The notes under the pieces: generated by a model
The model's input: the letters and a program-made list of their open reading frames with translations, nothing else
Told to the model about the DNA's origin: nothing
The model's database searches: none
Assembly (NCBI GenBank): GCA_051294375.1
Contig: CM119266.1
Location: forward strand, 26,106,851 to 26,170,850
Length of the DNA stretch: 64,000 nucleotides
Direction: 5' to 3'
From: Paraspadella gotoi
Lineage: Eukaryota > Animalia > Chaetognatha
Position numbers and translations under genes: made by a program
Shown here: in pieces, positions 1 through 14,100 of the stretch
How positions within the stretch are numbered: the first letter of the stretch is position 1
Layout of the letters: each line of letters opens with the position of its first letter

Positions 1-929
1 GGAGTTAATTATATGATTATATAAAAGTAAATTTTTTTATTCTAGAATATAAATTTTTTTTGAAAAGATCAAATCTTCATTACCTATGCTTTAATATTTT
101 AATGCGTTGGTGTTTAATATTAAAAGAAATAATAGTAATATTAATTAAATATATAATGGACAATTGAATTATATATATATATACAGAAGAAGTAATCAAA
201 TTTTGATCGGCCTTAATGAATACAGGGTGAAATTATAAAAACGGTTAGTGAATAAAATGTGTTTTATTCGAATTATTATATAAAATTATGTTATATAATA
301 TATTATATTAATGTATGTGTTATGGTTTGGAAATATGGAAAAAGAAAAATGTCAATACGTAATGTGTGTCTTTTCTTTGTAAAGAAAATCTTTATTAAGG
401 GTAAACTGGCATCATTAATTTGCTATGAATTTTATTGAATTCATTCAACTTATTTATGAACTCTTTCTGTTTTCATTAAATGATTGGTTATAAATAGGTG
501 ATCTATCATACCTTTTAATGTTGTTGGAAGGTAATTTTATATTCTAAAATTTTAAGATAAAATGTGATTTTGGAAGATGGGTGAAAGGTGAAGGTTTAAC
601 TAATAAACAAAAACAATTATATCTTAAAATTTTATTATTTAAACTGTTAAATTAAAATAAGATAGGGCAACTAATTTAGAGTGTTACCTTGTATATACAT
701 AGTTGTTCTGTTACATTAAAACATCTCAATGCTTAACTATGTATGATAAATAACTTTAATATGTTAAGTATGTAAATGAATAATTTTAGTATTAAAATAT
801 ATAATAAATGATAAAATGTTAGAATATCCTAATCCAATATGTGATATATACATAGGATTATACTATGAATTGGTACAACCAATATGACATCATAATTCAC
901 TTTGCGAATTTACTAAACACAAGAGATGC

Positions 930-2240
930 AACCTGTTGTTTCTAAAACTCTCCTTTTCTCAAAGTCGGAATTTGCTGATCTTATACCACCCAGGACATAA
1001 TTAGTTTAAAGTCATTGTTGGGAAAAATTGTGTAAAAATTAACTAATAAGATAATATGACGGATGCTCCAGAAAAGAAGCTCTGTCTGATGAAAAGAGAA
1101 TGAACTTGTTACAGCACTTCTCTAAGATTTTGATATACCAGTCCGTTTTATTCCTTCGTTTTTGAATGCTGCGGATCAGCTAACAGGTAGTTGCCCAGAG
1201 ATGAGGTGCTAGGATGCACCCACTGCTGGGAATGTTTTTGTAACTAGTCATATATAAATCTCATGGTGGGATTGTTCCACTTTCAAGTCTTTTCTCTATG
1301 ACAAGAAAAAGTCATGAATAGGTACTTTGAGGCGGGTAAAAAGGGCCCCTTGGCAAAACTTAAAAATGTAGATATAAGTTTGGAAAATTCAGAATCTATT
1401 TTGGGGGTGTCTACGACTGAGGCTACCACTGGGCGAGTGTCCAGGGCGGACCAACCCTCTGGGTTGTTATGCCGAATCTAACCTACCCGGTGGTGATGTT
1501 AAAATCGGGCGTCTAGCTAGACGTAAAACTCGACTCAAAATGAAAGGTCCAAATCAACGCTCAAAATGCGTCTCTTATACCTGTGTGTTATATGACCGCA
1601 CAGGTGATTCTCACTGCACTTGTGTTGTGATTTACTGCATTTGCATCTTTATAAAAATCCTCCCAATCAAATTTCTTCTAATGCGCATGATGATAAAGAA
1701 AAAGCGCTCATTTCGTCTTCTGAGGAGATCCTCAGCGGGACAAAGGTTTTAGAGATTACAGATGAATATAAGGATATCCAGTTCCTGAACGCCGGACCCG
1801 TTTCTTACAAAGATAAAAGTGTTACAAGCAGAATCCCCTTCCATTGTTAAGTGGAAGTTATGGATCGCTGATCCGTCTACTACGCCAGACAAGAATGAAT
1901 GTCTGTTACTAGATTCGTTAGACTTACTGTGCTAAGGCATATTTCTCTTTAAGATGAATGAACAAGGTATAATTTACAGAATTTTCGTGAGAGAAAGGTA
2001 TTCTCCACATTTTCTGGAACGAACAAGATATTATTTACAGAATTTTTGTGAGAGAAAGGGATTCTCCACATTTTCTGGTTCTGATTGACAAAGACTTCCT
2101 TTTTGAAGTCATCTGGGAGAACATGATATGGACACTGTTCGCCCAGACTACGTTTAAATTGATTGCTCTGAAGTATTACACACCAGGGATGAATAGACTG
2201 GTTAAGGAAAAGATTAAAACTTGCCATTTCTACCGTATGC
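930..2240 (+). mobile_element. Degenerate Ty3/Gypsy-type LTR retrotransposon pol remnant
   Basis: Broken frames give an RT-thumb-like QDIISLKSLLGKIV (~990-1032), an RNase H C-terminus DFDIPVRFIPSFLNAADQLT (~1126-1185; family motif N-x-AD-x-LS/T) and an integrase zinc-binding-like TTFKLIALKYYTPGMNRLVKEKIKTC (~2147-2225). The order RT-RH-INT is Gypsy-like. Many stops and frameshifts. Confidence 0.65.
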
Positions 2241-2290
2241 AAGGGAAACTTGTTTCGTCATGGTTGGGAGTGACGATAATGAAAATTTTT

Positions 2291-2652
2291 GTGGGAGGGG
2301 TAGTGAGTGATTAATTGGAAAATTAAATTTTCATTTTACTTGAACAATAAGCAACATTTTTTCGTTTTGTTTTCCTAATGTTTTCTCTTTAAGGAATCCC
2401 ACAGTTCCAGGATCCACACTCCTCAAAATGACAGACTGGAACTCGCCGCGAGATAGCGCCTACAGCTCACAGAAGTGTGGGCCACAGGTTTTTGTAAAAG
2501 AGGTATAAAACCTGCGCAGGATTAGAACAATGTACATGTTACGAGTATGTTGACATAGAACTGTCACCTTGTTTGAAACTAACGAATTAAAATTCGTCTC
2601 TCCATTAATACAAATGGAAACTCTGGATACAGGATCCAGCTATGGTATCACA
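2291..2652 (+). mobile_element. Candidate polypurine tract and 3' LTR of the Gypsy remnant
   Basis: gtgggagggg at 2291-2300, then TG at 2304, TATA-like gtataaaa (~2503), attaaa (~2587) and a CA end at ~2650-2652. No second LTR copy in the window to confirm the boundaries. Confidence 0.35.
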
Positions 2653-3880
2653 TATTTTCAAGTTCTAAAAAGTTATATGCAAGAATATTTTAAATATAAA
2701 TATCTCGTTTCAAAGATGATAATTGTTAATCATGTTTAAAACTAAGTAAAAAAGATTTTTAGATGAGAAATTATACCCACTGCTGATTTAGTTGTGAATG
2801 TATGATAGTGCTCTATGAATGAGTATGATACTGACTGGGTATTATTTTCCTCTTCTAGATTCTATAAATCTAAATTTTAGTATATTATATCTAAGAACAA
2901 TGTTTCTCAATAATAAAAAACCTGTAAAAAAAAAATATTAATATTTTAATTTTATGGATTACTATTTAATGAAATGATAAATATAAAATATTTGTTTTGC
3001 AACTGTTTTTGTGCTTTTCCTGTTATATTCTGCACATCCCTCACGTTGCTTTTCTATATACTCTTCACGCCTTGCACGCTTGTTGTTGTCTTGTTCTTTT
3101 GTAAAAGAAAAGAAAAAGTTTTTAAAATTTTATCATGGAATAAATAAGAAATGCAGTTACTTTTCCAAATTTATTTTGTTATTCATAATGTTAATAACAA
3201 TGTTTAGGAATAATAAATTAAAAAATCAGTTATAGTGATAAAGTAACTGTATTGATGATAATAATTAAATGATGATATTTTTTTTGATGCATTAATATTT
3301 TTTTTTGGAAAGAGGGACAGAATGGAGTGTGACATGTTAAAAAAAATTTGAAAAAATACTTAAATTGCGTTGTACCATAGTGAGAGACTGAACACATCTT
3401 AATACAGGCGGCGCTGACCTCCTGGTGACCAAAAGTCAAAAAGTCAAAAGGTTAGAGAAAAGGTCACATTTAGACGATTGATCAACGTTATTTTATGTGA
3501 CGGCTAAGTAATAATCATGGGAATGCAAAGTTAATTAATTTAATTAATAAGTTTAATTTGTTAGTTGTCTATTCATTTACAGTAAGAATTAAATTGCATT
3601 CCTATCCGTGATGATTCACTCATATTAAAGAACTCTAATCACCGATACGGTTGAAAATGGTGACTTCCGCATTAGAATGTGCGGGACTGATTCGTCACAT
3701 TATGTTTCTTAGCAACGACAGTAAACAGCTAATCAAATATGTCATAATTATTATCAATCACTTATTCTTCTTAAAAGTTTTATTGATAGTATTTTTCGAT
3801 CATTCAATATCAACCACTTATTTTATATTTTATTGATATTGTAATTTGATCAATCAATCTTAATCACTTAATTAATTTTA

Positions 3881-4764
3881 GCTTCAGGAGCACCACGGAT
3901 ATCAGGCGAACAACAACAGATGATCCGATGTCCAAGTCGAGTGTTCTCTGGCAGCCCATGTCGAGGATCCCATAGTTGGTGTATTGCACACTTGATAAAA
4001 GAAATATTTTATCAGACTTTTTTTGCATCAATATGAGTTTGGATAGATTAGTAGCAAAAGTTTTGATATTAAAATTCGAGTTATTAGCCAGCTATTAATG
4101 AGTCAAATTTCAGAATCAGTTTCTAAGCTAGACAATGGCTTACACACACCTGTCAGAGTTAGTCTGAGGTTGCCGGAAATATTTAAACAATTTTAGCTTT
4201 TTGTTTACATTTTGGTTTATCAAAAATTGGTTTTGATTGATTATTGATACTGTATTTTAATTAGAATTTCTACAGATCTGTTCCTTTTATTCCTTTATGA
4301 CGCGTCTCTTTTTTTAGTGTTTAAAACTATTTAGCACATTTATCCAACTTGTTTTAATCCTAATTATTTAGTGCATTTACCTTTCCTCCTGAGCCACGTG
4401 TATTGTTTAGTATTTGTTTTTGCTCCGTCCTATTTCTTTTCGTTTTCTTTTAATAATTAATAGAAATTTAATTAATTATATTTTAGGAGGGCGGTGTCAG
4501 AATACTCTGGTGCAACCCAAAGAAATCTCGGCCCAGTTTTTAGAAAATGACCACTTTTCTTTCTTTGTAAAATGTAAACAATTGTACTTCGTCGATTCTG
4601 TCGCGAAATCTTTGTATTTTAGCCGTGGCTCCGAAGGAAACGTTTCTCTTAATGTGTTATTTTGTATTTGTTTACCTTATATATATTACAATAGATATTA
4701 CAAACCCCTGTGTTTTTATAGGCCAAGAGAATTCGTCAGAAACTATCTCGTAGCTAGAGTATAG
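3881..4764 (+). pseudogene. Chain of small phase-compatible exons; unknown spliced ORF with one in-frame TGA
   Basis: AG/GT-bounded segments ~3881-3978, 4487-4572, 4623-4641 and 4722-4764 join in phase to ...EDPIVG-GRCQNTLVQPKEISAQFLENDHFSFFVK-SVAPKET-PREFVRNYLVARV*. A TGA interrupts the first segment. Confidence 0.3.
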
Positions 4765-4883
4765 TGACATAGTGATAGTGATGACCATTGACCAATGTTA
4801 AACCGACAATTTTTTTTTAGTTACCGCTGTCGGCGCTGGCAAACGCGTCGTGCAATAACGACAGAGGGGTGAGAGAAAGCGAA

Positions 4884-4888
4884 AGAGA

Positions 4889-4949
<61 letters not shown>

Positions 4950-5005
4950 CGAGTCGACAACAACAACGACGACGACATCTGTGGATTGTTAAGTCAAAAA
5001 GTATC

Positions 5006-5038
<33 letters not shown>
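4884..5038. repeat. (AG)n microsatellites
   Basis: Two AG dinucleotide runs read directly from the sequence. Confidence 0.95.
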
Positions 5039-5042
<4 letters not shown>

Positions 5043-5163
5043 AAATACCAAATACAAAAAGGCTGCCATTATTTTTTTCTCTCTCTCTTTCATGTCTAGA
5101 AATGGGATTCACTTTTTTTTCTTCGCTTTCTCTCTCTCTCCCCCTCCCCCCTCTTAGGAAAGT

Positions 5164-8100
5164 ATGGACATGGAGGATGCTGAGAACTCAGAGCAGCTTT
5201 GCCGCGACATCCAACGACAGATCCGCGCGTCGCTGGTGTCGCGCGGTGTTCTCTGCGGCCATTGCGGCAAGAAGAAAAAGCAGAGGAGAACCGCGGTGGG
5301 GAACGAAAATTGGAACTCGGAGAATGCCGCGCCATCGCCGCCGCCGGAAGAGGAGAACAGGGCGTTGGAGATAATGTCAGGGAAGAACGCGGAGCGGATT
5401 GAGAAGAAGAAGAAGACGGAATGGCCGATGGGCGCCACGAGCTTGGAAGGTGATTGAATATTGTATAAGAAATAATCGGTTATCAATCGAATCATCGAAT
5501 CATCGAATGAGCGTCAATCCATCAATAAATTTGTTGCCAGAATTGGAGCGCAACATCGGGGATATTATGATGCAGAGTTTCGAGTTCTCCTCAAGTCCGT
5601 TCGAAGAGAATATGCGAACTGATTGGTCGCCGCATAAGCAACGCGTCTATCGTCGTCGTTGCTTGAAACAGTTCGACTTCTTGGCCGAGAAGTTTCGTCG
5701 ATTTAAAGGTTGCTTAACTACCGGGGTTGGACTATATATACGGACAAAATTTAAAAAAAAACAAAAACCCATTAATGATTTTTGAATGTGAATAAATATT
5801 CAATTATTGCTCTTTCTTAGCTTTTAGCCGATATATTAATTGTTTTGAAATACTTTGATATAATGATTGATGCAGCAAAGGAAAAAAAAAGTTTTTTATA
5901 CTTAATGTTTGATCTTATTCTAAAACATAGCAGATAAAATTATTTATGAAAATACTTATTTGTACGTAGTATGAATAATTGAATATGCTTCTGGCAAGGT
6001 ATACATTGCATTTTTGTCTAAAAGATTTTGAAGCAAGTTGGTAAAGTTATTCTTTCAAACGTTATCATAGAGACGGTCAAAAACGTGAACTCCGATTTCG
6101 GGGAAAAGTTTCCGAATCTTTGGTTCTTTCAAGAATTGATGGAGAAATACCAGACGCGACGACAAAACGAGAGGGTTAGTTAATTTTCTTATTTCGGAGG
6201 CCAATGTCGAAAGAAAATTAATATTTATAATTATTTTCCAAAATTTATTAAAGTTGATGACAAAAACTTTCGCGAGTATCGCGGACACGAACGCCAACTC
6301 GGACGAAGCGACCGAGACCGTCGATATCTCGGCGGAAGAGCCAGGAATCGACTTGTCGGCGCCCGCAGAAGAGTTTCCGGTTGAGAAGTTCCCACTGGCT
6401 TCAGAGGTCACGGCTCCGGAGTTTCCGGCCAACGAGATTCCGCCGGAAACACCTTTAGGCGACCTGACGCAGTTCGACACGGAAGATGAGTTGCGTCGCT
6501 ACTATGAGGAGCAACAAAAATCGCCGGGCGGGTGCGCGAGGAAACCTTGCACCGACCAGCCGAGGAGGAAGGGGAGGAGGAGGAGAAAAGAGTCGCGGGA
6601 AAAGGCAGAAAGAGAATATAAGGAGCAGCAGGGAGAGGAGATACCCGCCGCTGCAGCGCCGCGCGAAGGAGGAGACGCGCAGCAGGAAACGACGACGACG
6701 GACACGGAAACAGAAGTGGAGGCGACGCAGGCGCCGGTCCCTACTGACTTTTCTCCCGAAGAGTATTCGGCGACGCTGACGAGCTTGATCGAAACCAAGC
6801 AAAGTCTCGTGGAGGCGGCAATCGACTTGGCCGCCTTCGATACGCGGAATTTCGGAGTCGGCGATACTTTGGAAGTCGCGGGGGAGAAGTCGGACGAAGC
6901 GACGATGGACAATTCTACGTCCATGACTTGGAATGTGACCGACCGGGCCGAAACTTCCGACGACGGCGTCCTCGCTGAGATCGTCCGTGAGGAAAGCGTT
7001 GAGACGGAGGAAGTAAAGAAGATCGAGGTTGAGGAAGAGGAAAGTGGTGATATGGATCGAGGGGAATACATCGCCAAGATGTCGTCGGAAGATGCCGCTC
7101 CGGAAAACGACGCCGCCGATAACGACGCGGCCGCTGATGACACCGCCACAAATGACTCAGCCGTTAACGACGCCGCCAACTCCGAAACGGAGAGCCGGCG
7201 TGTCGAGATAGAAACCGTTGTCGAGGAAAGGGGGATCGTCGGCCAAGAAATGGGGATCGTCGTGAAAGGAACGGGGATCATCGACGACATAACGGAGATA
7301 GTTGTGAAGGAAATGGGGATCGTAACCCAAACGCCGGAAGAAATCCCGTCCGAAGACGAAAGCGGTCAAACGTCCGAGGTCGAACGAGAGACCAACGAAG
7401 AAGACTCAGTCGAGAGCGAATACGAAACGGGCGACGAGGGTTTGGGCGACCGCGGAGATGACCCCGCCAACGACGAAGGCCTCGGCGACGAGAGTTTCGG
7501 CGCCAAATTGAGAAGATACTTTCCCAACATCAGTTTTATCGACGGAGAGCGGATGATGGGACTCGGGATGAAACCCTTGCCGCTGGACGTCGCCGATCGA
7601 CGGGATTTTGTTTTTCACGAGACAGAGGAGGATGACGCGTTGCGAATCGACATAAAAGATGGCGTCATCATCGTCGAGTCGGAGGGAAAAGAGGACGGCG
7701 GAGAACGTCGCGTGACCGTCAAAAACAGTCCCGACGATAGGTTACGGTGGGAGGTGCCGATGACGGCGAATCCGACACACAACTTTCCGAGAGAAGACGA
7801 GACCATCGATCCGTCGAAGATCGCGTTTAAGACGAGTTTCGCCAGGAAAGACGGAGATGACGACGACGACGACGACGACGACAACGACTTCCTTAAAAAG
7901 ACAAAGACGAGTCTCAGTGATTTGCCGCCGTTGCCGGATTCCGTGACTCAGGAAGAGATCGTCAGTTCCATGTTCAAAGATACGTTGAATCCCGACGACG
8001 TCGCGGAGAGAATCGGGAATTTCTTGATCGTCGAGACCCGAGGCAGCAGCAGCAACAGCGGCGGCTCCTGCGGGAAACACGAGTCCTGCTACGAAAGACC

Positions 8101-11100
8101 GAATAATCAGCGACAGGAAACCTGCATCGACTACGACGCCATTTCGCAGAAACACGCTCAGTCGAGGGATGACTTTCTACAATCGGAGCAGAGAAAAAGG
8201 GCAGAGCTGGAGTGTAAAATCCGCGAAGCTCAGGAAATGAAGAGCGGCGAAGAGAGAGAGTGCGTGACCGAACAGAAATGTTACTGGAAGAACAAGTTCT
8301 GGCCGTTCGCAACGTTTGACTGTCCGGTCAAGTGCCCGGTAGAGGAAAAACCCAAAAAATGTCCGAAGAAATGCCCCGCTCCGACCCCAGTCGAAGAGAG
8401 TTGCGATAAACCCACGCCCGTGTGCGCGATGCCCGCGGAACCGGTTTGTGAAAAACCAAAATCGTTGTGTGAGAAACCAATGTGTAATGCTCCACCGGTT
8501 TGTGAAAAACCAAAACCCGTGAGTGAAAAACCAAAGTGTGGTGCCCCACCGGTTTGTGAGAAACCAAAATCGGTATGTGAAAAGCCAAAGTGTGACGCTC
8601 CACCTGTTTGTGAAAAAGCAAAACCGGTTTGTGAAAAACCGAAATGTGATGCTAAACCAGTGTGTGACAAACCAAAATCAGTATGTGAAAAGCCAAAGTG
8701 TGACACTCCACCGGTTTGTGAGAAACCAAAACCAGTATGTGAAAAACCGAAATGTGATGCAAAACCAGCTTGTGACAAACCAAAACCGGTATGTGAAAAA
8801 CCTAAATGTGAAACTCAACCAGTTTGTGACAAACCAAAACCAGTATGTGAAAAACCAAAGTGCGATACCCCACCAATTGCAAAAGAACCACCATGTAAAA
8901 AATCAGAACCAGTATGTGATAAACCTAAGTGTGATATACCACCAGTTTCCAAAGAACCGGTTTGTGGAAAACCAAAATCTGTATGTTCAAAACCTAAGTG
9001 TGATTTACCACCTGTTTCAAAGGAACCAGTTTGTGATAAACCAAAACCAGTATGTGAAAAACCAAAATGTGATATACCTACAGTTCCGAAAGAACCTGTT
9101 TGTGCAAAACCAAAACCGGTGTGTGATAAGCCTCAGGAACCCGTTTGTGAAAAACCATGTCCTAAACAAGAACCAATTTGTTGCAAATCAGAAGCTACAG
9201 AACCTGTCATATCACAAAAAATTATTATTACACCATGCCCAGGAAAAGAGAAACCTCATTATGAAAAAATATGCTGCAAGAACACTGAGCCTTGTGAAGC
9301 TAAAGGGAGTGAAGACATTTGTCCCAAAAAAGTGCAAACTGTCATAATCACTCCTTGTCCAATTCAGAATTCTTGTTGTTCAGAAGCTGAGCAAGCTGTT
9401 ATAAAACCAAAGCCATGTTGCAACACTCAATCTAATTGCGCCAGTGAAGTTAACCAAATTATAGATCAGAAAACATCCTGCGATCAACAAGACACAAATA
9501 TATATACGCCATGTCCANNNNNNNNNNNNNNNNNNNNNNNNNAGACACAAATATATATACGCCATGTCCATGTGGAGATCCAATACCAAGCTGTAATAAA
9601 CAAAAAAATAATAAACAACCAAAAAAAGAAACAATCATTAAGCCGTGTCCATGTCAAAAGACCGAAAAAAGCTGCGATCAACAAGACACAAATATATATA
9701 CGCCATGTCCATGTGGAGATCCAATACTAAGCTGTAATAAACAAAAAAATATAAACAACCAAAAAAAGAAACAATCATTACACCGTGTCCATGTCAAAAG
9801 ACCGAAAAAAGCTGCGATCTACAAGACACAAATATATATACGCCATGTCCATGTGGAGATCCAATACTAAGCTGTAATAAACAAAAAAATAATAAACACC
9901 AAAAAAGAAACAATCATTACACCGTGTCCATGTCAAAAGACCGAAAAAAGCTGCGATCTACAAGACACAAATATATATACGCCATGTCCATGTGGAGATC
10001 CAATACCAAGCTGTAATAAACAAAAAAATAATAAACAACCAAAAAAAGAAACAATCATTACACCGTGTCCATGTCAAAAGACCGAAAAATCTGCGATAGA
10101 CAAGACACAAATATATACACGCCATGTCCATGTGGAGATTCAATACCATGCTGTAATAAACAAAAAAATAATAACAGCCTAAAAAAGAAACAATAATCTT
10201 TACGCCGTGTCCATGTAAAAGAACTGAAAAAAGCTGCAACAATTCACACAGTCAAAAATCATCAACAATTATTATGACGCCATATCCTTCCAGAGAGCCA
10301 GAATTGACTATAAAACCTACACTTATAGAAGAAACCTCTTGCAATAAAAATTCTGAGAGTCAGGTTTGTCCAAAACTGCTACAGATCAAAAGGCCACAAA
10401 AACGAAGCCTACGACTTGTAAAGAACAGAAAAATATTATTTTTACGCCATGTCCATGCACTGAAATGGAAACAACCAGTAATAATTCAAAATATAAAAAA
10501 GAAGTAAATATTACACCTTGCCCATGCGAAGAACCATTGTTAGATTGTAAGAAGCAGGAACCTATTCCCAGCATCTCTAGCAATAAAAATTCGATTTATC
10601 CGAAATCACTCGCATCTGAGAAGTTAGAAGAAAATAGTAAAAAACTTAAATTTGACCCAAATGAAGCCTGTTGCAAAAATGTAATTTTCCCAGTAAACAA
10701 CAACGATTCGTCAGTCATTAAACCTTCCTCTTCGAAACAGTCATTAGAAGTTATTGTTTGCAACAATCCAGTACAAGGAAGTACAAAAAAGTGTTCCCAA
10801 AATGGCGAACTATGCTCACTAACAATACAAATCGTTAGTCGGGAAGATGATGTCGAGCAATACTCAAAACAGTATTCAGAAATAAAAAACTTTTGTAATA
10901 AGCAGGTATATCAGTGCAACTAAAATCAAATTGTGGAGAATGTGAAGAATATAAAAAAAATGGAGATCCCTGGCAGGATCAAGCACTGAGAAATGTGAAG
11001 TTCCAAAAAAAGAAAAGTGTACAAAAACTTCTGATATCACACCTTTACCCTGCCAACAGAAACATACTTGTGAAAAAGTTAAAGCTGCGCCATCTTCACC

Positions 11101-14100
11101 CTGCCACAGAAACCTCCTTGTGAAAAAGTTAAAGATGCGCCATCTTCACCCTGCCAACAGAAACCTACTTGTGAAAAAGTTAAAGATGAGCCATCTTTGT
11201 GAAGAATGCGAATCATACAAAAAAATTGGAGACCCTTGGACTGATCCAGATGTAATCCAGTGCCCATCAAAAAAGGCAGACTGTAGCACAATAGAGAAAA
11301 GACCCAGAAACCTTACGATAAAGAAAATGACCCACTGACAGAAAATCTTTAACGAAAATAAGTTGATAAGGACTTGCTTAGTATCTTGGAACAATCATCA
11401 AAAGCAAGTTCTGAAAGCTATGCTTTACCGAATATGAATCAACTGTTTACTCCTTGCCCAGAAGAAACGGTATTAATTGGCACAGAATCAGATAATAGTT
11501 GTTCATCACATAAAAATCCAAGGGAAAGAGAATCTTGTGTAGAATCAACTTCTACTGAAGGGCCTGACAAGGAGATTGATGTTGAAAAAGATGAGAGAAC
11601 GCCTCAAAACAATTTTGTCCTGCACATTCAACCACCGCATTCCATGCACCAACTAAAAAAATAATAAACAACCAAAAAAAGAAACAATCATTACGCCGTG
11701 TCCATGTCAAAAGACCGAAAAAAGCTGCGATCAACAAGACACAAAATAATATACGCCATGTCCATGTGGAGATCCAATACAAGCTGTAATAAACAAAAAA
11801 TAATACAACCAAAAAAAGAAACAATCATTACACCGTGTCCATGTCAAAAGACCGAAAAAAGCTGCGATCACAAGACACAAATATATATACGCCATGTCCA
11901 TGTGGAGATCCAATACTAAGCTGTAATAAACAAAAAAATAATAAACAACCAAAAAAAGAAACAATCATTACACCGTGTCCATGTCAAAAGACCGAAAAAA
12001 GCTGCGATCTACAAGACACAAATATATATACGCCATGTCCATGTGGAGATCCAATACCAAGCTGTAATAAACAAAAAAATAATAAACAACCAAAAAAAGA
12101 AACAATCATTACACCGTGTCCATGTCAAAAGACCGAAAAAATCTGCGATAGACAAGACACAAATATATACACGCCATGTCCATGTGGAGATTCAATACCA
12201 TGCTGTAATAAACAAAAAAATAATAAACAGCCTAAAAAAGAAACAATAATCTTTACGCCGTGTCCATGTCAAAAGACTGAAAAAAGCTGCAACAATTCAC
12301 ACAGTCAAAAATCATCAACAATTATTATGACGCCATATCCTTCCAGAGAGCCAGAATTGACTATAAAACCTACACTTATAGAAGAAACCTCTTGCAATAA
12401 AAATTCTGAGAGTCAGGTTTGTCCAAAACCTGCTACAGATCAAAAGGCCACAAAAACGAAGCCTACGACTTGTAAAGAACAGAAAAATATTATTTTTACG
12501 CCATGTCCATGCACTGAAATGGAAACAACCAGTAATAATTCAAAATATAAAAAAGAAGTAAATATTACACCTTGCCCATGCGAAGAACCATTGTTAGATT
12601 GTAAGAAGCAGGAACCTATTCCCAGCATCTCTAGCAATAAAAATTCGATTTATCCGAAATCACTCGCATCTGAGAAGTTAGAAGAAAATAGTAAAAAACT
12701 TAAATTTGACCCAAATGAAGCCTGTTGCAAAAATGTAATTTTCCCAGTAAACAACAACGATTCGTCAGTCATTAAACCTTCCTCTTCGAAACAGTCATTA
12801 GAAGTTATTGTTTGCAACAATCCAGTACAAGGAAGTACAAAAAAGTGTTCCCAAAATGGCGAACTATGCTCACTAACAATACAAATCGTTAGTCGGGAAG
12901 ATGATGTCGAGCAATACTCAAAACAGTATTCAGAAAATAAAAACTTTTGTAATAAGCAGGATATATCAGTGCAACTAAAATCAAATTGTGGAGAATGTGA
13001 AGAATATAAAAAAAATGGAGATCCCTGGCAGGATCCAAGCACTGAGAAATGTGAAGTTCCAAAAAAAGAAAAGTGTACAAAAACTTCTGATATCACACCT
13101 TTACCCTGCCAACAGAAACATACTTGTGAAAAAGTTAAAGCTGCGCCATCTTCACCCTGCCAACAGAAACCTCCTTGTGAAAAAGTTAAAGATGCGCCAT
13201 CTTCACCCTGCCAACAGAAACCTACTTGTGAAAAAGTTAAAGATGAGCCATCTTGTGAAGAATGCGAATCATACAAAAAAATTGGAGACCCTTGGACTGA
13301 TCCAGATGTAATCCAGTGCCCATCAAAAAAGGCAGACTGTAGCAACAATAGAGAAAAGACCCAGAAACCTTACGATAAAGAAAATGACCCACTGACAGAA
13401 AATCTTAACGAAAATAAGTTGATAAGGACTTGCTTAGTATCCTTGGAACAATCATCAAAAGCAAGTTCTGAAAGCTATGCTTTACCGAATATGAATCAAC
13501 TGTTTACTCCTTGCCCAGAAGAAACGGTATTAATTGGCACAGAATCAGATAATAGTTGTTCATCACATAAAAATCCAAGGGAAAGAGAATCTGGTGTAGA
13601 ATCAACTTCTACTGAAGGGCCTGACAAGGAGATTGATGTTGAAAAAGATGAGAGAACGCCTCAAAACAATTTTGAATTAACAGATTATGCAACACTCATA
13701 ACGCCATGTCCTGAAACAGAAAATTGCGTACCATTGGAAAAACCTTCTCCAATGAAAGAGACGCTCCAAGATTGTAGTCATTTTGATGAAACTCAAACAA
13801 ACGAAAGCAATGATCAAAATTCAGAAGAAACTAGTCAATACACAGATAAAGACTCCTTGATTACTCAGTGCGCTTATTCAGGAGAAAATACATCTTCTGA
13901 CAAACCTTTGAAAATCGAAGAGCCGTTGCAAACACTCTCGCCATTTTTGGCTATAGGAGACATTAAAATAACAACACCAGAGTTGACTACCAAACATAAA
14001 ACTATTAAAGAGCCTAGAAAACCAAACACCAGTGCTGGAATTTTAAGTCTCTACTCGGATAATGAGGAAAACATGGAACAGAAGTACGACCTCATTCAAA

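Noticed and set aside
4798-5112. ORFs of SLSLSL or RERERE type (also 16836-17507, 51567-51947 and 53868-54203)
   Set aside because: These are translations of microsatellites and minisatellites.
6455-8778. Long antisense and alternate-frame ORFs over the giant exons (also 12650-16136 and 25500-29750)
   Set aside because: Shadow ORFs caused by GC-rich or repetitive codon usage on the coding strand.
9476-10240. Regularly spaced repeats as a CRISPR array
   Set aside because: There are no unique spacers; the units are 141-bp coding repeats in a eukaryotic exon, and no cas genes are present.
9543-11655. Programmed frameshifting or a true tandem duplication in the giant gene
   Set aside because: The indels fall mostly in homopolymers of one near-identical copy next to an N gap, with a junk junction. 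Low-accuracy gap filling explains this better; spanning long reads would settle it.
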